Shown one piece after another: positions 13,853 to 25,622 of a stretch of DNA of 64,000 nucleotides. A program made the position numbers and the translations under genes. How positions within the stretch are numbered: position 1 is the stretch's first letter; every line of letters begins with the position of its first letter. A model generated the notes under the pieces. It searched no databases and was not told the DNA's origin. It saw only the letters and a list, made by a program, of their open reading frames with translations. This stretch comes from Pseudovirgaria hyperparasitica (Eukaryota), in NCBI GenBank assembly GCA_010093815.1, contig ML996565.1. One strand, given 5' to 3'.

Positions 13853-15321
13853 AGTGAGGGGAAGCAGCCTTGCGCGAGGGCCGGCGAGTGTGCCTTGGAC
13901 ATAGTGCGATGGGCCAGGATCAAGTAGGGACGAGTCGCGAGTGTAGGCAGACAGTGGTAGATGCAGTGTTGGACATAACAGGACATATATGAGGTTTAGT
14001 GCGTGATGCTGATGAATGCCGGGCGTGGTGGGAGAACATGAATATCGTGGATCAATTACTCCGGGAAGGAAGTGGATGCACAGCCACAATCACATGTCAA
14101 TAACGCCACACTTCTTATGCTGGATAACCGTGAATTGAAACACTATACCTCTGGACTAATTAATCGTTGCATTATAGATTCTCTAGACTCTCAAAGTAAA
14201 GGGATAGTCACTAGCTGAGTTATAGTAGAGATGAGCCTTAGTAGAAGTCCAATCAAACTAATTGACTACTAGGGTATCGTTAGGGTTTCTCTGTAACAAA
14301 TCATAGTATGTACTGTGTGGTACAAAAAATACGTCATATATATCCATACACATGCATACGTAAGCAGCAGGCCCGATATGTTCGCCTCCAAAATCGCTCC
14401 CTGCAATGGATCTTCATTACATCCCGTCCTCGTCCGACCTTCTCTTCGATTGCACCTCATCTTCCCATGACATGACGCATTAGACCCCTGCGTGCACTCT
14501 ATTTGTTGTGTTCCGTGTTCGGCGAAGCTCGACAACCTCACGTCTTTAGACTTGCTATCAGTCAATGCATCCTGAAACCCCTACACGAAGTCACAGGCTG
14601 CTTACAAAAGCGTCACCGAGCTAGGATGTTAATCTCACTTCTATGACATCTGTACGCTTGATAATCCTTAAGTTTCTTGAGCAGCCGCGGACTGTTCATG
14701 TATGTCAGATCGTAGCTGGGTCTATTACGTCGGCGATCCGGGGTACGTGTCTGTTACCTGCGTACATCTTCTATATGAGATTACCAAGCTTTCTGATAGT
14801 TTTATCCACTGTTGTAGTGTTGTGAAGCCATAGTGCGAAACGCAGACCGCATGGAGAGGCATAAGCTCTCATTCGCATACAGACAAGTATATAGAAGACA
14901 GCTAATGGTCAATGTAATTGAGGTGCACGGAGACTCTGAAACACGCGTACGTGGAAGCTTCTATCAACAAGGTATTGACTCGAGCAGCTGATTCTCGTAT
15001 GATGGACAGTTGCAGCTCTCTGAGTCGTGCTCTGACTCGCATGAGGGGACCATATCTCGACGTATACGTAGTGCTTAGTAGTGTCTTTGCATTGCTGCGG
15101 TGTAGGGTTTAATCAGTCACCGGCACGTGTAAACAGACCTTCGATATGGGTACCTCCCGTGACCAGGTTGCGACTGCGGCTCGTGGAGCCGTCTCCGTCT
15201 CGTGCCGTACCGCATTGATATAGCCGCTATGGGAGGTTCCCTAGAGCACACTACCTTGACGAAGTATAATTTCATTTACACATGAACAAGTATACTGACT
15301 CTTGTGCTCTTCACTAGTCAA

Positions 15322-16451
15322 ATGTTCCCTCAAAGATCCTCATGCGACCGTTGTCGCCAGCAAAAGGTGCGATGCCTCAAGAGTTGGGAACCATCAACAA
15401 CCGGTAGTGGAGGCGGCGGCCATCTTACCCCGTGCGACCGATGTGCAAAGGTGGATGCACCATGTGTATACAGCTGTATGTCTTGTGTCTCCATTACACG
15501 AGGTCTATCCACAGTGCTAGACACACAGAACTAATTACTCCAATGGTAGTGAGGCAGAGAAACAAACGATCAAAAGGGGAAGACGTCCCATCCCCGAAAG
15601 CGAATACGCAGCTCAAGCAGGATCTCCCAACGGTGCTATCAATTCCGGATGTTGCTGGATACGATATCAACGACTTGATGATGCCATTGCCACCGCTCGA
15701 CATGGACATAGTCTGTATCGATGATGGCGACACGTACAGCTGGAATAACGGACCGGGCCTCACATACAACGGCGATGATGACAGCATGACCCAAGAGAGC
15801 TCAGGAACCGGGCCAACACTTTCTCAAGATGAAAGCAAAGATACTTTAACAGAGCAGCTGATGAAGTTAAGTCAGCGAGCCACGAGGGCCACACGAGAGT
15901 TGGAGTGCGGAGAAATTGTTTTGCCATTGACAGTAAATTCACCTGTGGTGAATGAAGCATTCGAGACCGCGAATGCCTTGGTGCGCATCATCAACAGTAT
16001 GCCGCTGACGGACAGCACGTATGAGTCCTCATTATTGTCCCGCGATAGCAGTCAACAACAGCTACCAACTTTTCTGGCTCTAGCCGCCTATCAGTACGTC
16101 CTCGGCCTCTTTCGCGCAATCTGTGGATCTATCAAATGTTCCTCAGGATCAATAGCCCAGGGGATTGAGCTGCAGCAACAGACATTGCACGGTGCTGGCT
16201 CGTGCTCCGCGCAATTCATCATGGTTTTGCAGCTTATCATGCATCTCCTCAATCGCATAGGTCGTAGTCTTCGAACAGGGAGCCGAAGGAACTCGGACCA
16301 ACATGAGCTTGGGGGTGGAGAAGTCGGTAGCCTACAAGGTGTTGTCGATTCTGCTCAAGTCATGCTTAGAAGTATGACTGATGAACATGTCAAGCTCGGT
16401 GGGGTGATTCAGGATCTTCAAGCTGGGATAGAAGAAGGAGTTCATATGTAG
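15322..16451 (+). CDS. Zn(II)2Cys6 pathway-specific transcription factor, 351 aa
   Basis: Exon 1 encodes CDRCRQQKVRC-x19-CDRCAKVDAPC; intron 15476-15549 (GTATGT..CTAAT..TAG) joins in frame to the 15432-16451 ORF. Confidence 0.9.
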
Positions 16452-18336
16452 AATTAATGTAAAGTCGGAGAATATCTACAAATGTCTTGAAACCCCGAAG
16501 CCTCGTTGTGCAACAATGATCTGACTAAGGATGCAGTTGAAGAGCCGATTGCATAGAATCTTTGCTTTGATCTCATAAACTAAGGTCAACAAGGGCACGA
16601 GTATCACAGACTCGTTTCTTGACCAGCATAGCTTGCCTTGATGCGTGATGAAGACATGCATACAGCCGTATCTACGATACAGCCACTCAGAGGCAACTGT
16701 CCTACGTATCGCGAGCGATGCGGTTCGGAATTACTTAGACTCCTTCACAGGCTAGCTAACTGCCGATTCGTAATTGAAACACGTCTCTAAGAAGCCAAGT
16801 CTTCGAATGACCCCTTAATCAGATATATCACATTCGAACCTAGACTTGATAGGCGTTCCCAAGATTGTCTAATGTATTAGCCGATATCGGTTGAGATAGC
16901 TCTGAACTAGGCATCCACAAGCGGAGCCAAAACTTGCTTGTGACTCGACTACCCTGGCACATATGCTGAGTGAGGTTGAATCTGGTAAACATACGGATGG
17001 CACCAAGCCTATTGGAGTTACACTGTGGAGTATATGGACTCCCTGCATTTTCTCAAAACAGGGTCAGAAACAGGGTCAAGAATCAGCTGTCGATCTATGT
17101 TCGGTTAATCGACTCAGGGGTAGTTCTGGTCCTGCAAGCCAATATTGGCATGACTAAGTATCTCACGGCTTTGGCTTGTTCGTTCTTGGCAAGTCTTTCT
17201 ATAATATTCTAGACTAGCTTATAGGGTGCATGAACCAGGGTCCTGGATACCCGGCTCTGATATGGCTCAAGGAAATATCCCAGCTTTGATAAGACATCCT
17301 TGTCGATAAGCTTACAACTTGTCTGCAAGACATCCGACGTACTATGGTACTAGAAGGAGGTCCCACTGCGGGCCTACCCATAGTCCCTTGCGATGGATGC
17401 CGACGGCCATTGCCGCTCGTGGAGCTGCAAGGTAATCACTTAGCGCCCCTATCTCTCTATAGCAAGAATTTAGTATAGTATCAGCCGTCTTATATATTCA
17501 CTGTCCAATCACATGCTGGCTTGTTCAACGCCTTGTTTGTGCTTAGTCTTATGTATAGTGAACATCGATATTTATAACGCAGGACTCCGACAGTTGTAAT
17601 CAATGATTGTACAAATGTGTGTTTACGGTCCGTATTGTGTACAGACCAGACAATATCAAGTACTGCCTCGAGACGGGACTAGTGTCAAGTAATACAGCAG
17701 ATCTCTATTTAAAAATATACACGTTTCGGCGGCTACTCGCTAATCTCCACTAATCTATGATCACGAGCATGTGTCGTCTCGGTGCACTTGCCGGTGCTAC
17801 TCAAGTACTCGAGCTAAGAGTACAAAGGGTGATCTAATATATCTGGACACTTTTAAAACGGCTCAGGTTACAATATAAGTGATGCTGACATATACGACTT
17901 ACCGTTTAACGTTCATTCTCAATAAATGACTACATAAAATCGTTTGAAAAGCTTTCATTGTTGACCGTGATGGTCTTAGGTCCACTTCTCCGAGTCCTCT
18001 CTGCCTCTATTCGTGAATGTTCGGATTTCTTATTACACAAGGAATATTAACTAAATTGGCGAGGCCAATCTTCTGTCTGGGGTTCACATCAGAGAACTTT
18101 ACTTTCTAACGGGTCTACTAGAATGCCAAAGTCTGTCGACCTCAAAGTGAGGTAAAACATATATTCTAATGTTGCTAAGTTTCCCACAGACACTTGTATT
18201 CCTCACACATCGAAGAGAATTGTTTGCGCTAAGAACCATTCTATAAAACTAAGAGTTCAAGTCTACCACCTTCCTCTATAAGCTGATTTGGACGAGCAAG
18301 CATGAATATGCCTGAGAACTATGTTCTGAACCGTGT

Positions 18337-19508
18337 CTATGCGTCCACTAACGGAACCACCTGCCTCTTGGCACGTACATTCCCAACACGTAGATCGTTT
18401 ACGTACGTAGGAATACTCGCCAAACCTCCCGCCCTAATTTCCAAAGGATGATTCTTAATCCTGCCTTCGTTCAGCAACTTGTCTGCTAGGAGGAACAGAT
18501 TCAATCCAAAAGCTCGGTGCTCAGGGGTGCTAGGGCGTCCGTAAGTGCCCGGAATTTCAACTGGTGTTCCCATAATTGTAGGAGCCATCAACCAGTCGGC
18601 ACGGACATCTCGTCGCGTGTATTTGACGATAGGGCTAACAGCTTCGAGCGCGACATATCTGCCACCAGAAGAACCAATCGCCTCGTAGCACATCCGCATC
18701 GTCGATGCGTCGGTCACACAGTCGAAGACAGAGACAAGGCTGTTCGCGGTATACTCGCGGATGTCGGCGCCGCATGTAGACGAGCGGTAATCAAAGCATG
18801 CTGCGGCACCGAAGCTCTCGCATATGGCATTATTGGCAGGTGAACAGGTGACGATTGGTGTATATCCGGCTCTGTACATGTTCGAGTTAGTGAGATAACT
18901 CAGAAATACCACTTGCTTGTGCAACATATCATACTTGTACATATTGGAAAGGAGTAATCCACTTACATTTTGAGAAGCTGAGTGGCCATTGTTCCGGTAC
19001 CTGTTGCTCCTCCTGATACCAGCACGAATGAAGGTGTGTCTTCGGCGGATTTTGGACGTGGCAGTTCAAGGGCTAGCCCGGGTGCTTGAAAGAGAGCCAG
19101 TCCAGCAGTGGCAATGCCAAGACCCATTGAGCTTGCCTGTTCAAAGGATATGTTTTCGGGGACGTGGCAGCTTAAGTCCTCAGTCGCCAAGGCGTACTCG
19201 GCAAAAGCGCCCGCCGTCTTGTCTGAGGCGTTGAGGCCAAAAGTTACGGCGAGGATCCGGTCGCCTTTCTTGAACCTTGTAACACCTTCGCCGACTGAGG
19301 CTACGATACCAGCAAAGTCGCAGCCTCCTATTGCGCCAGGGGTATTCGAATAGTCTACGATCTTTGCGTCGTAGGGGCTCAGGGCGACTGAACGCACCTG
19401 ACACAGAATCATGCCCGGCTTTGGGGTGGGGATCTCGATATCGTCTGCGAGTCTGTAGCCGCCAGCCTCATCTCCGACGAGAGCTTTCATTGCTGTGCTA
19501 GGCTTCAT
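18337..19508 (-). CDS. Trans-acting enoyl reductase (LovC-like, MDR superfamily)
   Basis: VALSPYDAK, GCDFAGIV, GAFAEYA, VLVSGGATGTGTMATQLLK, FGAAACFDYRS; intron 18872-18966. Confidence 0.92.
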
Positions 19509-19715
19509 TGTTGAGTTGAGTTGTGTGTTGGGGTTTATGCAAAGAGAATCTGATCGAATCGTCTAGAAATATCGAAAGAAGATGTTGCTGGCTTATGTGA
19601 CTATGTAATCCAAGATCTGAACAATGATCGCAACTAGGGACTGCTCACTATATCTACTCTGTGCGATCATGTGGGGCCATTTGGGCCATCATAGTCAGGA
19701 ATTCCGTTCGGAGCG

Positions 19716-19743
19716 CCGACCGGAGGTCCCACGTCGCCTCCGA
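19716..19743. promoter_or_regulatory. Candidate Zn2Cys6 sites in the trans-ER/GST divergent promoter
   Basis: CCGACCGG at 19716 overlapping a CGGAGG-N10-CCTCCG inverted repeat. Confidence 0.4.
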
Positions 19744-19917
19744 AGACTGCTGAGCTGATACGGATTCCGGATAGCTTCCAGGGGTCAGTGGAGAATACTC
19801 TCCAACTCTAACTATCTGACGCCCCATCTGCAACTGATCTCACGACACAGTCACACTGACCATACTCCAACTTTCAGACTTAACCCATCAAAGGCTCGAA
19901 GACAAGTCTATTACACA

Positions 19918-20983
19918 ATGGCCTCGAATTTCTATCTTGAAGATACGCCGGCAGAGGTGAAGAATGCCAAGGTAAGTACTAGCGAGCTATAGTGTCCATT
20001 AGAATCTGTATCCGGAATTAACCAAAAGTGCTCAGGGGCTGCACCTAATTACTTCGAACACTCCTAATGGAAAGAAAGTGCAGATTATGCTTGAGGAGCT
20101 AAAGGAGTTGTATGGCACGGAGTGTTCGTAGATCTAACTCGTTTGTGTCTATGTACGAAGCCTTGACGGACCTAATAGACACTACGACAATAATCGACCT
20201 AAGTACCAACGAGCAGAAAAAGGACTGGTTCTTGAAACTTAACCCAAATGGTACGGGAGCGATATCTATACCTATGGATGATACTTATCTGCGACCGTAG
20301 GAAGGATCCCAGTTCTTATTGACAACACCCAAAATCCGCCTTTCCCAGTAATGGAGACTTCGGCAGAGCTGCTCTATCTCTTCAAGGAAGAAGACAAGAA
20401 GGCTGCGTTCGGCTACACCGATGATTATGGACGAAGCGAATGCCTGCAATGGCTTTTCTTCTGGCACGGCAGCGTATTGAAGTTTCTGCCGCCGATATGT
20501 CGTTTACACTAATAAAATTCTCAGGGTCAACCAATTCAAGGGCAGTTGGGCTGGTTCTCAAGAAATGCTAAGGACAATGAGGGTAAGTCATCAAAAAGTC
20601 ATTCCTAACTATGAAGCGTTTCTGACCGTCGCTGAACATAGTCGCTATCAATCGCTTCAAGAACGAAGTTCTTCGTATCTATGGTGTCCTTGAGCTCCAC
20701 CTTTCGGGTAAGTATACTGGCCAAGCTAAAGAATATCTTGCTGGTAAAGGCGCTGGCAAGTACTCTGTTGCAGACATCTCGACTTGGCGTAAGTGTTTGA
20801 TTCCTCAACAAGCAACGTAATTTGTATTGACACATGCAAGCTTGGTTAGATAGCTGGCACAAGATGGACCAGATCACTCAGGAGGACATGGACAATTTCC
20901 CACACTTGCAGAAGTGGATCGAACGTATCGGACAGCGGCCTGCAGTGAAACGAGGCACGGATCCTAAGACTTGGGCGATATGA
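19918..20983 (+). CDS. Glutathione S-transferase (Ure2/GstA-like), 7 exons
   Basis: Introns 19972-20035, 20124-20178, 20251-20300, 20474-20524, 20583-20641 and 20789-20840 give TPNGKKVQIMLEEL...WFLKLNPNGRIPVLID...METSAELLYL...LQWLFFWHGS...YLAGKGAGKYSVADISTWPW...FPHLQKWIERIGQRPAVKRG. Confidence 0.9.
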
Positions 20984-21349
20984 ATGCGTATGACCGTATC
21001 AAGATGATCTGAGATAATCAATGTCTTGACTTGAGTGTTAGCTGAGACCTTGAATGAACTATGAGGAGAAATCTATATTTGCTAAATTGAGAATCAACAA
21101 ATTCCTAAATAAAATTACTGCCTCCATGCAAGAAGTAGTCGTCCATCCATGGTTGTACCTTGTCTTCGTCGAACTTTACTAGAATATTCGTTTCCCTGCA
21201 TTAGCGTCTCCATCAATAGCCCAGCAGGGCAATAGTAGTAGGTTCGCCGACTTTGTAGAATCGTTCTGATGCAATCTATGTTGCATCCACTTTCGCTCAT
21301 CCTAGTGCGTAGTCAGCTTCCATATTCCCTACCCTGCATTCGCGGCGGC

Positions 21350-21403
21350 AGTCGGAACTTCGGTCGGTCAATTATGCACCAGATCCGATCGATCCGACCG
21401 ATT
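21350..21403. promoter_or_regulatory. Candidate Zn2Cys6 sites upstream of the dienelactone hydrolase
   Basis: Perfect inverted pair TCGGTCGG (21360-21367) and CCGACCGA (21394-21401), plus AGTCGG at 21350. Confidence 0.45.
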
Positions 21404-21545
21404 GTTATTTTTGTGTCGGGCGAACTCAAATTAGTGTAATCATATCATTCGTTCATCATTAGAGTGCCTCTTGTGGTATCCTCGTTGTTTGACATTCTCA
21501 ATCTTCAATACATCTTTACACTAATCTGCTCACATATCTGTCTCA

Positions 21546-22553
21546 ATGTCTTGTCCCGATTGCTTCCTTGGTGAGGTCTCTAAGGGCCAGCCAACTGGAA
21601 AGGAACTTGAAATACATGGCGTCCAAACCTACGTTACTGGGCCCGAAGCTGGTGTCAGTCCCAAGGGGATCATAGTCTACATTACCGATGCATTCGGCTA
21701 TGACTTTGTGAACAATCGAGTCTTATGTGACCAGTATGCTAAAAGGGGCTTTCTGGTCTACTGTCCAGACTTTATGAACGGTTTGTTTCACACCAAGACT
21801 TTTAGATTACATCCAACTTATAGATGCTAAGGCCGCTCCATGTCTCCTTCGATTATTGCTCCTATGCATACCATCTTAGAAAAGAAGTCATGGCTCTATA
21901 CTATCTTCGTCAAGCCATTCATACTTGTCAAGGTCCTCTACCACCTGATCCCCTGGTTTATGACGTGCAGCATCGCCAAGACGGAGGCCGGCGTAATCAA
22001 ATATTTCACGGCTCTTCGGACCTCGCCGCCTCCTTTCCAGACTAGAGACTTGAAGATTGGCGCTGCCGGATTTTGCTGGGGTGGAAAGCACACCGTCACC
22101 CTCGCACAAGACTATCCAGATCACCGCGTCACCCGACACTCATCCCAGAGCACCTCCTCGGCCCCTGAACCGCTTATCGACGCCGCCTTCTTAGTGCACC
22201 CAACCTTCATCAAGGTACCGGAGGACATTGACGCAATTAAGATTCCCATCTCCTGGTCCGTCGGCGAAGAGGACTTGCAGATGAAGACTGATGATATCAA
22301 GAAAATGAAAGCTATTCTCGAGAGCAAGCAAGACGCTGAGCACGAAGTCATACTTATTCCGGGTGCCAAGCATGGCTATGCAGTCCGCACCGATCCTGAG
22401 GATAAAGTTCAAATGGCAGCAGCGGAGCAGGCGGAGCAGCAGGCTGTGTCGTGGTTCTCGCGGCGCTTCACTCGTACACCTCGTACCGATGCTTCTCCCG
22501 TCGTACAGCGACCTGCCCAGGATCATTCAGCGAGCCTTTCTTCGGAATCTTGA
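21546..22553 (+). CDS. Dienelactone hydrolase family protein
   Basis: MSCPDCF start, TDAFG, YCPDF, nucleophile motif GFCWGG and HGYAVR; intron 21781-21831. Confidence 0.9.
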
Positions 22554-23117
22554 ATATAAATCGTGGCAACTTGCCCAAAGATTGACCGGTCGGTGGTGAT
22601 TGAAGGATATCATCTGTGTGGACTTGTTTACCACTTCAATCCGAGCGTAACCGAACAAGAAGACTCATGAGGTGATAATTAAAGAGTTCATGAAGCGTAG
22701 TATATGCACAAGAGTTCCTCGTATGCAGTGCTTCTTGTAATAACGTGAAGGATTTTGATGTTATAACCTTGGAATGGCTTGAGTAGAATGCGAACTTTAC
22801 TGTAGAACAGGAAACTAGGAGGGCGCAGCTATTAACGTCACTGACAACAGCCAGAGGATTATAATTTAGGGTCTTAGTTCTGTCCAAATCTTATTTGCGA
22901 CGCGTTGTTTAATCTAACTAGGCGTTCGAATCTACTCATGTCGCTTTGGAGCGGAGCTCAACTCGGTTGATTGTTCCCAAAGTCGACCATCAGTTCACAC
23001 ATTTGTGGCATTTTTGCATGATCTTTCAATACGTTGTTAGATGTGGTGGTAAAGTGAATGAATCTCATCAACTACGGCGTTATCGTATGCATAGTACTCA
23101 GATATACAGCGAGTATC

Positions 23118-23843
23118 TCAAGACTCGGGGACCGAACCACCTGCCACGCTCTCCATCGTGCTTATAAGCAAGTATCCTCCGACCAGCTGAGCCAACGCAG
23201 CAACACCCTCTTTACCCAGCAATGCAACAGCGGAATCAAACTGTTTGTCTTTGATATTACCAAAGCCTCTTGCAACGCTCAACGCTAGCTCGTAGACGCA
23301 TTCCTCTCTGTCCGATAGGCCCTTTGGAAGATGCCCTGCGCTGGCTCGTTCGACTTGGTCCTGGGTCAAGCCTAATGATATTCCAATTTTCTGGTGAGCG
23401 TACTCGACGTAGTCACTCTTGGTGACAGAAACAGTCGCCAACGTGGTCAATTCGCGCTCCTTGGGGGTGAGGTGCGGCAGAGTGTAATAGGATTTTGAGT
23501 AGCTGAGGAACGGCTTGAAGGTTGATGGAGTGTAACAAAGAACTCCGAAAGGGCCGAGGAAGTTTCCCTGAGCGTCTTTGAATGAGAAACTCTCTCCTTG
23601 GAGCTCTTTGACGTCACGCTCTGTTTGCTCGAAAGCCTCTTTCTGTTCCTGGCTCCCAAAGACGGAGGGGAAACGGGGAGCTTTGGCAACCATTCTGGAT
23701 TCGTTGCGAATTGAAAATTCGTGTGAGGAAATAGCTGACACGGAAGACTGGTATCTAGAAAAATAATGAGACAATTTGAATGCAGATTTTGGGACCCAAC
23801 GTGTAACCGGGCGAGGGACAAGCGTGGCGACGTATTTAATCAT
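23118..23843 (-). CDS. Carboxymuconolactone decarboxylase / AhpD-like protein; start at 23843 or 23693
   Basis: GNFLGPF..L, LTPKERELTTLAT, YVEYAHQKIG..LGLT, FDSAVALLGKEGVAALAQLVGGY pattern of fungal CMD-like proteins; no CxxC motif. Confidence 0.8.
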   Translation of the reverse strand: MIKYVATLVPRPVTRWVPKSAFKLSHYFSRYQSSVSAISSHEFSIRNESRMVAKAPRFPSVFGSQEQKEAFEQTERDVKELQGESFSFKDAQGNFLGPFGVLCYTPSTFKPFLSYSKSYYTLPHLTPKERELTTLATVSVTKSDYVEYAHQKIGISLGLTQDQVERASAGHLPKGLSDREECVYELALSVARGFGNIKDKQFDSAVALLGKEGVAALAQLVGGYLLISTMESVAGGSVPES

Positions 23844-23917
23844 GGACAGCTAAGCATTGTAGATGGGACGTAGTCTTACGACCGATTGCGAACCTCCGTG
23901 ATTTGTACCGGAAGCTC

Positions 23918-23959
23918 CAACTCGGTAGCACAACTCGGTAGCAGACTGCTACCGACTCG
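23918..23959. promoter_or_regulatory. Duplicated and palindromic CGG element in the CMD/hydrolase-1 divergent promoter
   Basis: CAACTCGGTAGCA x2 (23918-23943); TCGGTAGCAG-A-CTGCTACCGA palindrome (23935-23955). Confidence 0.5.
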
Positions 23960-24100
23960 CAATATCGGCAGTCGGGTCAGCTATGGGCAGCGGAGTGGAA
24001 CCTCCGACATCAAGATCTTAGATCAGTCTCACTATGCGATGCTAGCTAAAAACAAAGAGCAGCGCCAGCTCTTTCTTGTTCAACAAAAGACAAACAAACA

Positions 24101-25102
24101 ATGGCACCTACTCGCGAAGACATTGAGTTCAAGACCCTTGCCGGCATCACCTTGCGTGGATGGCTGTACCCAGCCGAAAAACGTGGACCAGGAATCATCC
24201 TTTCTGCAGGGGTATGTAAATCACCACGTCTGAATTTTGAAGAAGACTCCAAAGCCGACTAATTTCGATACAGTTCAATATGCCTAAGGATGTAGTCGTA
24301 CCAGATATTGCCGAATGGTATCACAAGCGAGGTTTCACTGCACTCATCTTTGACACATATGGCATCGGTGCGAGTGATGGTCTACCCAGACATGACGTGA
24401 GTTATTCTTTGCAACACGAAGCCAGCCAATTAGATGTCAACTGACATGCAATCGTGGTGGTAGAGTGATATGCTGAGGCGCATTGACGACTTCACCGACT
24501 CAGTGACGTGGCTCTCCCAGCATCCCCTTATAGATCCGGAGAAAATCGCAGTTTGGGGTCTCTGTTTTGACGGCAACATTATGCTTGCCACCGCGGCATA
24601 CGACCGTCGGATTGCTGCCGTAGTAACGGTTGCCCCGATGATCGATGTTACTGGTGACCCCGAACGCCGCGAAGCCATTTTCGAACTTGGACTGGCAGAC
24701 CGCGCTGCCCAACTTGCTGGGGAGGATCCCATGTACCTACCTCTGGTTGATGAAGACGGCATGACGCCACTTGGTCAATTCTTAGGCAATTTCTTCACAA
24801 CAATGGATAGCATGAAAATGCCCATTGAGAACCGTGTCACGGTCCATACCTATATGCGATGCCTCAACTGGAACATTCTACACCTACTGCCAAAGATCAG
24901 CCCGACCCCAGTGATCATGGTGACGCCTGAGCTCGACCAAGTATTCCCGGCAAGCAGGCAGAAGGAAGCATTTGACTTGTTGAATGAGCCGAAGGAACAT
25001 TGTCTTCTGGTTGGAAAGCATCACTTTGACTGGATGTTTGGAGATATGGACAATGCGTTCAGTCCGCAATATGAGTTCTTGAAGAAGCATCTGAGGCTTT
25101 AG
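24101..25102 (+). CDS. Alpha/beta hydrolase 1, PKS-partner thiohydrolase family (Fma-AT/Bref-TH/GrgF-like), Cys nucleophile, 290 aa
   Basis: Exons 24101-24211, 24274-24396 and 24464-25102: EFKTLAGITLRGWLYP, GIGASDGLPR, IAVWGLCFDG, SPTPVIMVTPELD, GKHH; inferred triad C112-D236-H265. Confidence 0.88.
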
Positions 25103-25622
25103 ATTTATTGGATAGATTAGGAACGAAATAGATATACTCATTCTACCTGTGACTATATCATACAGTGTCCTGTGACGTTCTAGCCGAATTATCTATTGCT
25201 CAGTTCATGTAATGTATGTTGCTACAACCCCAAAGATTCAGCTGAGCATCTGAGCTACAATACACGGACACTACATAGCAGTCCACTTCTCAAATTCGAC
25301 TAATGCAGGAAATACTATTATCTTGACTTTGAACCTGAGTGGATACGTTATAACTCTGCCAGACACGCTTATGCGCTAAGAAAACAGCCACTAGAAAGTT
25401 ATCAGGAGACGAGAGTGTAAGCTCGGCTTACTGTATTTGCACCGGGCCACCGACTCGGGAGCCGGGGCATAGCAGATCCTTGTCGCAGTGAGGTCACTCA
25501 AAAAAGCTCCGATAGTTGCATTTAAAATCCACCGTAAGCCGTTTTAAGAACCACCGAGTATCAAGTTGCTTCTACATAGTACTCTTTATAAGTTTCAATA
25601 CCTGAGCCTACAGCCCTGCATT

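Noticed and set aside
14269..14285. Telomere-like TAGGG/TTAGGG words
   Set aside because: Only two non-tandem copies, which is expected by chance.
16452..18336. Transposon or pseudogene in the long TF-to-ER spacer
   Set aside because: The segments I translated showed no recognisable domain, and no TIR or LTR was seen; only a short AAACAGGGTCA duplication near 17056.
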